Positions 1 through 9,364 are shown, counted from the stretch's first letter. The stretch: 25,712 nt of DNA from Candidatus Heimdallarchaeota archaeon (GCA_021399395.1 JAAFKJ010000126.1:1-25712), one strand, 5' to 3'. The notes: generated by a model not told the origin, from the letters alone. Numbers and translations: made by a program.

Positions 1-77
1 AAGCGAAGGCTTTTATCATTCATTTGGAATAAAAGAAATAATTAATAATCAGTTAAATTCTGAGTAAGGTAGAGACA

Positions 78-3000
78 ATGACATACAACAGAATAGATAA
101 GTTCAGTTCACTATTTTTCATAATATTATGTTTAAATTCAATACTATATTATGATATACAAAATCCGGATACTATAGATAACGAGAGTATATTGCCTGGT
201 TTAGATCCAGTAAACGATATCATAGTTGGTGATATACCTCTACCTGATGATTATTCATTTTTAATCAAGAAAGAGACCATACCTGGTAATTACGTCACAA
301 AAGGATTCTTTAGCTATAGTGATGCAATAACCTCTCCCAGCACAGGTGAAGGTATTGTTTATCAATGGTCAGATTATGATGAAATTAATCACGATAGTTC
401 TGGACTAATTAGAGCAAGATATGGAATCGGTGATATAGGGGTTCATCGTTATCCTAGTGCAGACGATACATATCTTCAAGGATATAACATGTGGAACGAA
501 GTTCCATATATAGGCGAATCAGTTATGTATAGCCCACAATTTACTGAAAACACAACTTTAGCTGATAAAGTTCATTATATAGCAAATATACATAGAGATA
601 CAAATGAACCTGGTCCTACTTATACATACAAAACAATGGATATTACTTACAAAATCACACTTTATCATTATTTCTCCTCTAATGACTCTATAAAGGAAAT
701 TACAAAAACTGAATTTTTACTCCCCAAAATTGGTGAAACCCAAACAGAATACTTTAGAAATTTCGAAACCAATAGTACATTTGGGACTTATACTATACCC
801 GCTGGAGATAGAATTAAAGTAACTTATGAGCTCAAATATGAATATAGTAGTGTAACTCAAGGTCATATAACTACTAATATCATGTCAGACGGTGGTGGCG
901 GTGTCAATCCACCTGGAACTAATGTATTCTGGGACATAGATGACGGTGTGCATACTCCTCCTAATCCATACGAGTTTACAAATACAGATGGTATTCTTGG
1001 TGTTCAACTCTATATGAGCGAGGAAATATATCCAGACATAAACTTCTATGGTCCAACTAATAATAGTGTATATACGACTGCAGAAACAGTAAACATAGCT
1101 GTCTCAGAAAATTCAGTTAGTTGCTATAGGTGGGATGGGGGAAGTTGGAACTCATTTGACAGTACTGCCTTAACATCATTACCAACAACTCATGAATATC
1201 ACTATTTAGAAGTTTCAGCAAGTGATCAAACATATAACAATACAAGAATTGAAGTTTTGAGATTAGGTTATGATGCAACATATGATAATTTGGTACTCAA
1301 TAATGCTGTAAGTGGAGATAGATATGCGGGTGGATACATTCTTGATTTCTCAACCTTAAATGTTCTTTCTGCAAATTATTCCTGGGATGGTGATCCAACA
1401 CCTGTTGTTTTGAACAGTCCATATGACATAACTACTCCCCAATTCAATGGTCTTCACAGTTTAGTTGTCAATACAACAGATTTATTCAAAACAAGAACTT
1501 ATAGTTTTGAATTTTACTTTGATTCGAATATCCCAGAAATCTACTTAGATAATGTTGTAAATAACTCATTCCTTCTAGCAAACAAAGAAATCAAACTTGA
1601 ATTACTAGATTATAGTGATTTTACTTGGTTGAATTATAGTTGGGATTTAGGATCAGTACAGTCATGGTCTAGTGATATTAGTAATATTTATTCAACATAT
1701 ATGCCATCTGGATTAGGTGGGCACTCTCTTGATATCTATGTCGAAGATATTTATGGACATAGTAATACTACATCTTTATGGTTTACAACTGACCCTACCG
1801 TATTTTCTGTAGATTTAAGATATATGGATGATGGAGGATATTATCAAGGAAACAATGATGTGGAATTAATTATCCAACAGAGTAATGGAGATGTATACTA
1901 TTCATGGAATGGAGGTTCTGCAACCTATACTATTCTTGTTACTGAATCATTAATTTTGTCTGGGGGAGATTCTCTACCAAACACAGAAGGTACTCACACT
2001 CTAAATATCACTACATTTGATACATTTAGCACTAGATTTGTTTATATTTACACTTTTTACGTTGATAAGACTCCTCCACAATTTATTGGAAGCTATGTTG
2101 CAGATTATAATAACACAAGGCTATTAGACACTCAAGTACTTACATTTGAACTATGGGATAATAATATCTCAGTATCATCATTAATAGTTCTGTATTCAGT
2201 AGATGAAAAAATCTTCAAGTCCTTTGATACAAGATTCGAATTTTCACTGATAGGTTTATCTAATGGTGATCATAGTTTCGATATAAAATCTCAAGATGCA
2301 GCAGGTAATGTCAACATCACTCGGATCTATTTTACCATAGATACTACTCCTCCTAATATTATTCTTGTCAATATGCCTGACGTAATCGATGATTCAGCAC
2401 ATGGCGCTTATTATGTCACTACCAATGCACTGTTCCAAGTATTTTCAAGTGATGCTGATCCTGATTACTATACTTGTTATTCATGGGATGGTCAACCATA
2501 CGAAAACTTCACAGATGATTTCAATCTTGTTTCAGCAAGTGACACTGTTGCAAATCTGACAATAAAAGCCATTGACAGCCTGGGTCTTGAGACTGTATAT
2601 ATTATTACGCTAGTTTATGATACTTCAGCTCCAGAGGTTTTTCTCTTGGATCCTTCTCCTTTAGATTCAATTAATACTCGAATACCTTTGGAGTTCAATG
2701 TAACTGATTACTCGCCATATACGGTTGCTAGTGTGGAATACGAATGGAATATCTTAGCACTCCCTGCTCCTTCATCTTGGGATCTACTAAGCGGAGAATT
2801 CTCGCTTTTGATGACAGAAGTATTTGCAGGATTATATGCCGATGAAGAATTTGCTAATTTGACTATAATTGTAGAAGATCTTTTGGGTAATTCTGATTCC
2901 TATACTTTCGATTTCAGATTTGATGCTACTGCCCCCAACATTAGTTTCTACTTTTTCAACCTAGTAAACACTACAATGGTACCTTTTGTAGAATATTTTG

Positions 3001-4880
3001 TTGTAGGCGGTACAGAAATTCACTATAATATCAGTGATGAAGTTGATATCAATACCATCGAGGTTTATTGGGATGATGAACCTGAACCTGATACAATTCT
3101 ATTTAGCCCAAATTGGACTTTCACAGTACCTCAAGATGATGGAACCCATACTCTTAGGGTAATTTTATATGATCATACTGGTACTAGTGTTATACAGCAT
3201 AATTCAGCTACAACAAATTTCACATTTACTGTTGATGACATTTCAGTTGATTTTATCAATCCTGATGATCTAGATACAAATAATCAGTTTACTATACTTT
3301 ACAACGACACATTTACTTATTCTGTGAATGTAACTGATTCATTTGATGGAGAAATAATAGGTGGTTTAGAAGTCTATATCTCTTATAATACTTATTATAA
3401 TTTTAGCGTTTCAGTTTCCAACGTTTCCACAATTTACACGGTTACTATACATGCTTTAGATGTTACAAATTCATTAGAAATGCCAATAAATGTGCAATTT
3501 TACCAAGGATCTCTTGCCAGAGGACAAACAGTAACTGTTCTTCTAACTGTAGCCCTAAGAGAAGGAATCTTAACAATTCTAGACGATACGGTTACGAGTG
3601 TAGAATTCTATGAAGAATTCGAAATTGTTGTTAATTTCCAAAATGATCTTGGAAGTAATCTCACCATAGAGAATCTATTTGCTAATGGTACTGAGGTATT
3701 AGAAATCAATGCCACAGAATCAGAATGTAGATTCAACTATTCATCCATAGATGTTGGTCATAAAGGTAATTTCTCACTTGTCATTAGTGTTGAATCTTTA
3801 TACTACTTTAGCACGTCAAGTATTAACACAACCATTACTTTAGAAATCAGACCTATACGGGTCTTCCTTCAAGTGTGGGTATCAAATACAACAATATTAG
3901 AAGGTCAGACTCTAACAATTTCAGCTAATCTAACCTATATTGATGGGTCACCTATTCCATTTGAGACTATAGCTTTTATAATTTATATATATTATAAGAA
4001 TGACACAACTATAACTCCAGAATTGGTGATGTTAGCTTTCTCAGATTATAATGACACTGAAGAAAAATCAGATACAACAAACTTTGCAGGAACAGCGACA
4101 ATTACATTTGTGTTAGATGAAACAATTGACCATATTGGCATTGGGGCTAGTTTTGCTGGAACACCAATTTTGGATGTTGTTGATTCCGATTTTAACGAAT
4201 TTGTTATTACATTTCCACCACCAGCTGAATTTCCAAAATGGTTACTCTATACCATTATTGGTGGAAGTATAGCACTAGCTGCAATAATCTCCTTTATAAT
4301 CTATAAATTCACTCGACCTAAATCATTCGAGGAATTGCTCTCCAAAGTTACACCAGAAGAGATGGCGCTCAATTATTCAATCATGTCACCAGGAATAATT
4401 CTAACAATTTTTGATCAACGTAAAGGACCTATCCCTCTTGTAGGTGATCATTCACTTGAGATTGGACGCTATATCGGTAGAATGCGCATAGGTATTGAAA
4501 ACTTCTTACTTAAGATAGCCGATCAAGCTTATTCAAGTTTGGGTTTTGAAGAACATGATGCTGGTAGAAGGGTTGGTTCAATTATTCTTCCAACTGAGAA
4601 AATGACTGGATTTATTCATGGTATCCAGATTCCAAACAAAATGGCAAGAGGAGGATTTGAGAACCTCTCACTTATTGTTTTAGCAGATGCAGAATATGGC
4701 ACTCTTCTCTTAAACTATCAAGAACACATCTATAGCGATATTGATGCTCTAGGTAAAGCTCTAAAGGAAAAGAAACCTTTGAAAGAAATTGAGGAAATCG
4801 TCAAAGCAATTAGAATAAAATCGGTACAGGTAATGATTGCTGCTCAAGGTATGGAAGAGCAACAAGCAAGTAGTGATTAA
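78..4880 (+). CDS. Large single-pass surface glycoprotein with Ig-like repeats and a cytoplasmic longin/uDENN-like (folliculin/SMCR8/NPRL2-like) domain
   Basis: N-terminal hydrophobic signal (FSSLFFIILCLNSILY). Eight Y-x-W-D/N-centred beta-rich repeats (aa ~350-997) with G-x-H-x-L and DxTxP motifs. Many NxS/T sequons. TM helix WLLYTIIGGSIALAAIISFIIY at nt 4239-4304, followed by K/R. The ~190-aa tail contains IILTIFDQRKGP and IPNKMARGGFENLSLIVL. Confidence 0.8.
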   Translation: MTYNRIDKFSSLFFIILCLNSILYYDIQNPDTIDNESILPGLDPVNDIIVGDIPLPDDYSFLIKKETIPGNYVTKGFFSYSDAITSPSTGEGIVYQWSDYDEINHDSSGLIRARYGIGDIGVHRYPSADDTYLQGYNMWNEVPYIGESVMYSPQFTENTTLADKVHYIANIHRDTNEPGPTYTYKTMDITYKITLYHYFSSNDSIKEITKTEFLLPKIGETQTEYFRNFETNSTFGTYTIPAGDRIKVTYELKYEYSSVTQGHITTNIMSDGGGGVNPPGTNVFWDIDDGVHTPPNPYEFTNTDGILGVQLYMSEEIYPDINFYGPTNNSVYTTAETVNIAVSENSVSCYRWDGGSWNSFDSTALTSLPTTHEYHYLEVSASDQTYNNTRIEVLRLGYDATYDNLVLNNAVSGDRYAGGYILDFSTLNVLSANYSWDGDPTPVVLNSPYDITTPQFNGLHSLVVNTTDLFKTRTYSFEFYFDSNIPEIYLDNVVNNSFLLANKEIKLELLDYSDFTWLNYSWDLGSVQSWSSDISNIYSTYMPSGLGGHSLDIYVEDIYGHSNTTSLWFTTDPTVFSVDLRYMDDGGYYQGNNDVELIIQQSNGDVYYSWNGGSATYTILVTESLILSGGDSLPNTEGTHTLNITTFDTFSTRFVYIYTFYVDKTPPQFIGSYVADYNNTRLLDTQVLTFELWDNNISVSSLIVLYSVDEKIFKSFDTRFEFSLIGLSNGDHSFDIKSQDAAGNVNITRIYFTIDTTPPNIILVNMPDVIDDSAHGAYYVTTNALFQVFSSDADPDYYTCYSWDGQPYENFTDDFNLVSASDTVANLTIKAIDSLGLETVYIITLVYDTSAPEVFLLDPSPLDSINTRIPLEFNVTDYSPYTVASVEYEWNILALPAPSSWDLLSGEFSLLMTEVFAGLYADEEFANLTIIVEDLLGNSDSYTFDFRFDATAPNISFYFFNLVNTTMVPFVEYFVVGGTEIHYNISDEVDINTIEVYWDDEPEPDTILFSPNWTFTVPQDDGTHTLRVILYDHTGTSVIQHNSATTNFTFTVDDISVDFINPDDLDTNNQFTILYNDTFTYSVNVTDSFDGEIIGGLEVYISYNTYYNFSVSVSNVSTIYTVTIHALDVTNSLEMPINVQFYQGSLARGQTVTVLLTVALREGILTILDDTVTSVEFYEEFEIVVNFQNDLGSNLTIENLFANGTEVLEINATESECRFNYSSIDVGHKGNFSLVISVESLYYFSTSSINTTITLEIRPIRVFLQVWVSNTTILEGQTLTISANLTYIDGSPIPFETIAFIIYIYYKNDTTITPELVMLAFSDYNDTEEKSDTTNFAGTATITFVLDETIDHIGIGASFAGTPILDVVDSDFNEFVITFPPPAEFPKWLLYTIIGGSIALAAIISFIIYKFTRPKSFEELLSKVTPEEMALNYSIMSPGIILTIFDQRKGPIPLVGDHSLEIGRYIGRMRIGIENFLLKIADQAYSSLGFEEHDAGRRVGSIILPTEKMTGFIHGIQIPNKMARGGFENLSLIVLADAEYGTLLLNYQEHIYSDIDALGKALKEKKPLKEIEEIVKAIRIKSVQVMIAAQGMEEQQASSD
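1020..3240 (+). repeat. About 8 degenerate Ig-like protein repeats (84-108 aa spacing)
   Basis: YRWDG (aa350), YSWDG (434), YSWDL (520), YSWNG (608), YSVDE (706), YSWDG (801), YEWN (888), VYWDD (996). Most are followed by a GxHxL/V...D motif. The repeat is visible at protein level only; boundaries are approximate. Confidence 0.7.
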
Positions 4881-4929
4881 ACTACCAGCCTTTATCGATA
4901 ATTTATTATTGCTTTTTTCTACTATTATC

Positions 4930-4960
4930 ATAAAGGTTATATTAATAACATTATTAGAGG
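4930..4960 (+). promoter_or_regulatory. Putative BRE/TATA box and Shine-Dalgarno site for the first Rag-like GTPase
   Basis: CATAAAGGTTATATTAA (purine-rich BRE followed by TTATATTA), and GAGG at 4957-4960 before ATG 4968. A T-tract at ~4913-4918 may end the upstream transcript. Confidence 0.4.
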
Positions 4961-4967
4961 CTCAACT

Positions 4968-6896
4968 ATGTCCTATCTATTCGATGAATTATCAGGTAAA
5001 GAAGATGCTAAAGCTACTGTTGAAGACAAGATTCTACTCATGGGTCTTCAAGCCGCTGGTAAGACAGCTATCAAAGATGTTGTCTTTTTCAATAAACAAC
5101 CTGATGAAGTAGACGACTACATGGCTACTGTACATTATCAAAGACAATTCTTAGATGAAGAACAGACAAGTATGATCATCGATTCAGGAGGACAAGAAAG
5201 TTATTGGAATGAAGCCGTAACTCATTTTCGTCATCTCGTATTTTCGAATGTTAAATTACTAGTGTGGATAGTTGATGTAACCAAACCTGAATTGTTCGAA
5301 GAATCAGAAAGACGTTTCAGTTTTACCATACGACAATATAAGAAAGAAAATCCTGATGGAAGCATTACAGTTCTATGTCATAAGGTTGACCTAGTTACTC
5401 CAGAAAAGATGATAGTTATTCATCAACATATTCGGGATATGTTTAGCGAGGGAAAATACGAAGTAGATTTTGAAAATACTAGTATCTACTATCAAGATAG
5501 TTTGAGAGAATTATTATTTACTATAATGGAAGAAGCTGGAATCAATACCAAACGTTTCGAACTGATTTCAAATCTTGGTGAAAAAGTCGAACAGAGTGAT
5601 GAATTCCAGAGTTATGTTATGGAACATCAAGAAGATCCAAGAGTTCAGCAATTGCGTGATTATCTTAATCCCGAGCCTGAAGCTCTATTACCTTCATTTG
5701 GAAAACTAAGTATGCAAGTTGATTTGAAGGAATATGATATAGTTGAAATAGTTCTTGTAGATAAGAAAACAAACTCTCCACTAGTCGGTGCTTCATCTCA
5801 GGCAAATGTGAATGCAGAGAATTCTATGGAATATCTAATAGGACTTTATGATTTTAAAAACAAAATTAAAGAAAATGGTGAAAGCTTTGATCCAACTGGG
5901 ACTGTTATGACCTCTTCAACTGGGAAAGTTCATGCAATGATTTTCAGTTTGGATGTAAACTATCTACTCATAACCTCATTCACACCAATAACAGATGAGA
6001 GGAAAGAGTTGCTATATGAGCTAATTCTTAAATTTGCTCAATCAACAGCAACAGATGCAGCACCTGCAACACCAAGTGCACCAGTTACTAAAACTGAGCC
6101 CGTTGCTCAACCCGCACCTGTAGAACAACCTAAACCAGAACCTGTTGTTGCAGCTGAAGAAGTAGTTGTAGCAGAATCTGAGGTTGAAGTTATTGAGGAA
6201 ATTCCTGTTGAGGCATCAGCTCCATTAGAGGTAGAAAAGGAACAACCTAAAGCTAAACCAATCAAGATTGAGGAAATACTAACATCAGAAGAAAAAGAAG
6301 CAGGATTTTTTGAACCAGCTGTAATGGGAGAAGAATATCTAGGTGAAGAAAAACCAATAGCTATTCCCGCACCACCTAAATCTACAAAAGCTGTAGAACC
6401 TGAACCCGTTCTCGAACCACCTAAGGAGATTGAGGAAGATGTAGTTCCTGAACCACCTAAAGTTGAACTTGAACCTGCCCCAGCTGAAATATCTCAAGAA
6501 GAAGTACAAGAAATAGTTGCTGAAGCTGTTTCCAGTGAAAGAGAAGTTAAAATTGAAGACCCGGCTCCAGCTGTAGTACCTCCAACACCAGAACCTGCAA
6601 AAGTAGTCGAGGAAGTAGTTCCCGAGCCACCCAAAGTTGACATTGAACCAGAACCTGTTCCAGTCCAAGAACCTGTAGTAGAACCTGAACCAGTTGCAAC
6701 AGTAGATATAGGTGATGGTGCAGCGATTAGCTTTTCAGCAAATGATATCAAAAATTTTGCAAATTTCTTGGTTCAGAAAAAGGAGACCATCTTGGATGAA
6801 GCAACGACAGTTGATGATATCAAAAGTATGTCTAATTTTCTATTCAAAGGAATAACTGAAGAAGAAGAACAACAAAAAGAAGAAGGAACAGATTAA
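4968..6896 (+). CDS. Rag/Gtr1-like small GTPase with roadblock-like domain and Pro/Glu/Val/Lys-rich disordered tail
   Basis: G1 KILLMGLQAAGKT, G2 MATVH, G3 DSGGQ, VFSNVKLLVWIVDV, G4 HKVD (Rag-type His), G5 TSIY. Roadblock-like segment IVEIVLVDKKTNSPLV...MIFSLDVNYLLIT. PEVK-like tail from about aa 365. Confidence 0.88.
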   Translation: MSYLFDELSGKEDAKATVEDKILLMGLQAAGKTAIKDVVFFNKQPDEVDDYMATVHYQRQFLDEEQTSMIIDSGGQESYWNEAVTHFRHLVFSNVKLLVWIVDVTKPELFEESERRFSFTIRQYKKENPDGSITVLCHKVDLVTPEKMIVIHQHIRDMFSEGKYEVDFENTSIYYQDSLRELLFTIMEEAGINTKRFELISNLGEKVEQSDEFQSYVMEHQEDPRVQQLRDYLNPEPEALLPSFGKLSMQVDLKEYDIVEIVLVDKKTNSPLVGASSQANVNAENSMEYLIGLYDFKNKIKENGESFDPTGTVMTSSTGKVHAMIFSLDVNYLLITSFTPITDERKELLYELILKFAQSTATDAAPATPSAPVTKTEPVAQPAPVEQPKPEPVVAAEEVVVAESEVEVIEEIPVEASAPLEVEKEQPKAKPIKIEEILTSEEKEAGFFEPAVMGEEYLGEEKPIAIPAPPKSTKAVEPEPVLEPPKEIEEDVVPEPPKVELEPAPAEISQEEVQEIVAEAVSSEREVKIEDPAPAVVPPTPEPAKVVEEVVPEPPKVDIEPEPVPVQEPVVEPEPVATVDIGDGAAISFSANDIKNFANFLVQKKETILDEATTVDDIKSMSNFLFKGITEEEEQQKEEGTD

Positions 6897-6898
6897 AA

Positions 6899-8128
6899 TT
6901 AAACTGGTCTGCTATCGTCATATCTTCTATATTCTAAATCACCATCTAAAAAGATTGGAATTTCTCTTATACCTTCTACACACTCATGTAGTGGAAACAT
7001 CTCAACTGAAGTTGCACCAAATCCTTTTTGGATTTTTATACCCCTCTCTAGATTCTCTGAATTTTCTACTGCAACATCAATAAGAGATTTTTGTAGATTA
7101 CGACCACATGTATCACATTTGAAACTAATACTCATCTCTATTCTCTTTTCTACAGCTTCTGATTTTGGAATACCGTTCTTGGCAAGGTAGTCTACTAAAG
7201 TTCCTTTCATCTTGACTCTAGCTCTTCCAATTAACTCGTCAGTTTTGAATAGCTCTTTCATCTCTCCTGCAAGATTCATGAAGTAATTAATTTCTTCATC
7301 AACTGTGTGTTTAGGTGGAAAAACAGTTGTAAGAATTAGATCTTGATCGATTTCTCGCATGTATACTCTGTTTTCATCAAATGAAAAGGTTGCATAATCT
7401 AATTGTAGAGTTGGTGAAAACATTTTAGCTAGATCATTTTTAAGTTTAATAAAATTGAATCCATTGTATCTTTCAGGTTGAGAATAAAGCATTAGTCCTT
7501 GAGCAGTAGATAATGATAGAAACACTAACTCTTGTTTACTGAATGTCTCTTTAATCTTAACAGACTTGGTGTCATCCTTCGGATAGACGTATGCGATTAC
7601 TTGTTGCATTGCATCCCATATGGTGTCTTCAAAAATTGAAGTCCCTACAATAGCTGCGTTAGGATAACTCGAGATTTCAAAGATATCTTTAATTGATTGT
7701 AAAACTGGTTCTCGTTTATTTGGTGGGACAACATCCATCTTGTGGGCAAACACATAGATTCTAGCATTCTCTGCTAGTTGTTTAGCATTTTCCAGAGTTA
7801 GATCAAAATAATATTTCGACCTCATGATGTTTGAAGCATCAGATATATCTACAACAAAGATGAAAGCTTTTGCATCGCTGAAAGTTCTCTCTTTGTATTG
7901 TTCGAAAACTTCATTCAGATAGTTGGATTGACCACCAACATCATAGAGGTTGATAGCACTACCTGCAAGATTGAACAGTTTTCGGTTGATACGAACAGTA
8001 GCTGGGTTCATAGATGTAGCTTCTGGGGCGAAACCCTCAAAGACAACCTGCCTAATTGAAGTTTTTCCAGATTGAGATAGTCCAAGTACTACGATTTTTG
8101 ATTCTAGTTCGCTGTCTCCACTGTACAT
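6899..8128 (-). CDS. Rag/Gtr1-like small GTPase with roadblock-like domain and C-terminal Zn-binding domain
   Basis: G1 VLGLSQSGKTS, G2 PATVR, G3 DVGGQ, TFSDAKAFIFVVDI, G4 HKMD, G5 TSIF. Roadblock-like LVFLSLSTAQGLMLYS...VYMREIDQDLILTTVF. C-terminal CDTC...HEC. GAGG-type SD upstream on the minus strand. Confidence 0.88.
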   Translation of the reverse strand: MYSGDSELESKIVVLGLSQSGKTSIRQVVFEGFAPEATSMNPATVRINRKLFNLAGSAINLYDVGGQSNYLNEVFEQYKERTFSDAKAFIFVVDISDASNIMRSKYYFDLTLENAKQLAENARIYVFAHKMDVVPPNKREPVLQSIKDIFEISSYPNAAIVGTSIFEDTIWDAMQQVIAYVYPKDDTKSVKIKETFSKQELVFLSLSTAQGLMLYSQPERYNGFNFIKLKNDLAKMFSPTLQLDYATFSFDENRVYMREIDQDLILTTVFPPKHTVDEEINYFMNLAGEMKELFKTDELIGRARVKMKGTLVDYLAKNGIPKSEAVEKRIEMSISFKCDTCGRNLQKSLIDVAVENSENLERGIKIQKGFGATSVEMFPLHECVEGIREIPIFLDGDLEYRRYDDSRPV

Positions 8129-8190
8129 TTATCCTCAAGCTAAAAACCCATTTCTTATTATAAAAAATTAGTGATACTCCTAAAGTACTG

Positions 8191-8208
8191 TTTTAAGGGG
8201 GCTTAAAA
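8191..8208. promoter_or_regulatory. Perfect inverted repeat TTTTAAG-GGGG-CTTAAAA (operator or terminator hairpin)
   Basis: 7-bp arms with a 4-nt spacer. It lies between the hydrolase stop and the TATA-like TTTTATATA upstream of the minus-strand Rag gene. Confidence 0.3.
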
Positions 8209-8306
8209 GCAATTTCTTCTAGATAGTGCATGTTTTTCGGTTGTGCATTTCTATGTACAACTGCCTAAACTTGAGAATTCTAAAATTAGATGGCTTCTAA
8301 CGATGT

Positions 8307-9308
8307 TTAGGCATATTTTTTGTACTTGATTGAGTTCAAAAATTCCAATCTTTTTGATTTTATCTTATCCATATCTTCTCCTATCCACATTAAATGGCCA
8401 CCATGTACTTCTATAAGTTCAGAACTTTCTAGATTAGCTTTGAGATATTCGGCATTTACCCATTTAACATCATTATCTTCTTTGCTGTAGATTAATAGAG
8501 ATTTTACATCAATATTATCAACTGGAATATTTTCGATTGAAAGTAAAAGCTCTATATCATGATCAAGACCAAGTTTTCTGATGCTCATAGGAACAGTTGT
8601 ATTCAGAAAATCCACTAACCATTTCCTTCTCGCATTATCTTTAGAAACCAGTTTAGTAAACTGTTTGACTTCTTCTTTGTTAAGTAAAGTTTCTAGTTTT
8701 ATGATGCTCTTGATTGTTATCTTAAAAGCTACTCTCAATGCAATTACGGTTATCAAACTAAGGAAATCTTGTATCTTCTCACTTGTGAACAGTTTCATCC
8801 AAAATGAATCTGGTGCTTCACTTGGTATCTCATATTTTGTACTAACTCCAGCTTCCATCACTAAAGCATAAGTTCTCTCAGGATACTTATTTGCAAAATG
8901 AAGTGCAAGTGGTCCACCAGCTGAATATCCCATGACAACAACTCTATCGATAGCTAATTTACCCAATAATTCTACATACTGATCAACTTGCTTCTCATAG
9001 GAGAGAGGAGTAAAAGGTGTTCTTAGATAACCTGGTCTTGAAACACTAAGTACTGAAAATCCTTCCTCTACTGTATCTTCAATGAAAAGAGCTTGGTCAA
9101 TTCCTCCTGGTCCCCCATGCATAAAGAATAAAACAGGTCCCTCTCCTATTAGTTTGTAATGAATTTTCCCTGTCGCTGTTTCAACTACTTCTCCATCATC
9201 CATTACTTTGCTTGCTAAATTTATCCACCTTACATACAAAATCCTGGGAAGAATGATTACTACTACTATTGCACTTACTACGATTAATACAATGAAAGCA
9301 GGATGCAT
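8307..9308 (-). CDS. Membrane-anchored alpha/beta-fold hydrolase
   Basis: N-terminal TM (FIVLIVVSAIVVVIIL), HGGPGG oxyanion motif, SRPGY, nucleophile elbow GYSAGG, acidic EDND, catalytic His in GGHL. Confidence 0.9.
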   Translation of the reverse strand: MHPAFIVLIVVSAIVVVIILPRILYVRWINLASKVMDDGEVVETATGKIHYKLIGEGPVLFFMHGGPGGIDQALFIEDTVEEGFSVLSVSRPGYLRTPFTPLSYEKQVDQYVELLGKLAIDRVVVMGYSAGGPLALHFANKYPERTYALVMEAGVSTKYEIPSEAPDSFWMKLFTSEKIQDFLSLITVIALRVAFKITIKSIIKLETLLNKEEVKQFTKLVSKDNARRKWLVDFLNTTVPMSIRKLGLDHDIELLLSIENIPVDNIDVKSLLIYSKEDNDVKWVNAEYLKANLESSELIEVHGGHLMWIGEDMDKIKSKRLEFLNSIKYKKYA

Positions 9309-9364
9309 AGATATCTCTTGTACTGTCTCTATATTAATTTTTTATATGTTACTAAGAAAAAATA

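Noticed and set aside
4837-5112. 91-aa ORF bridging the receptor and Rag genes
   Set aside because: It overlaps two well-supported genes in another frame and has no recognisable motifs.
6339-6751. Minus-strand ORFs 6339-6668 and 6494-6751 (Phe-rich and Gly/Ser/Thr-rich)
   Set aside because: They are antisense shadows of the low-complexity PEVK-like coding region.
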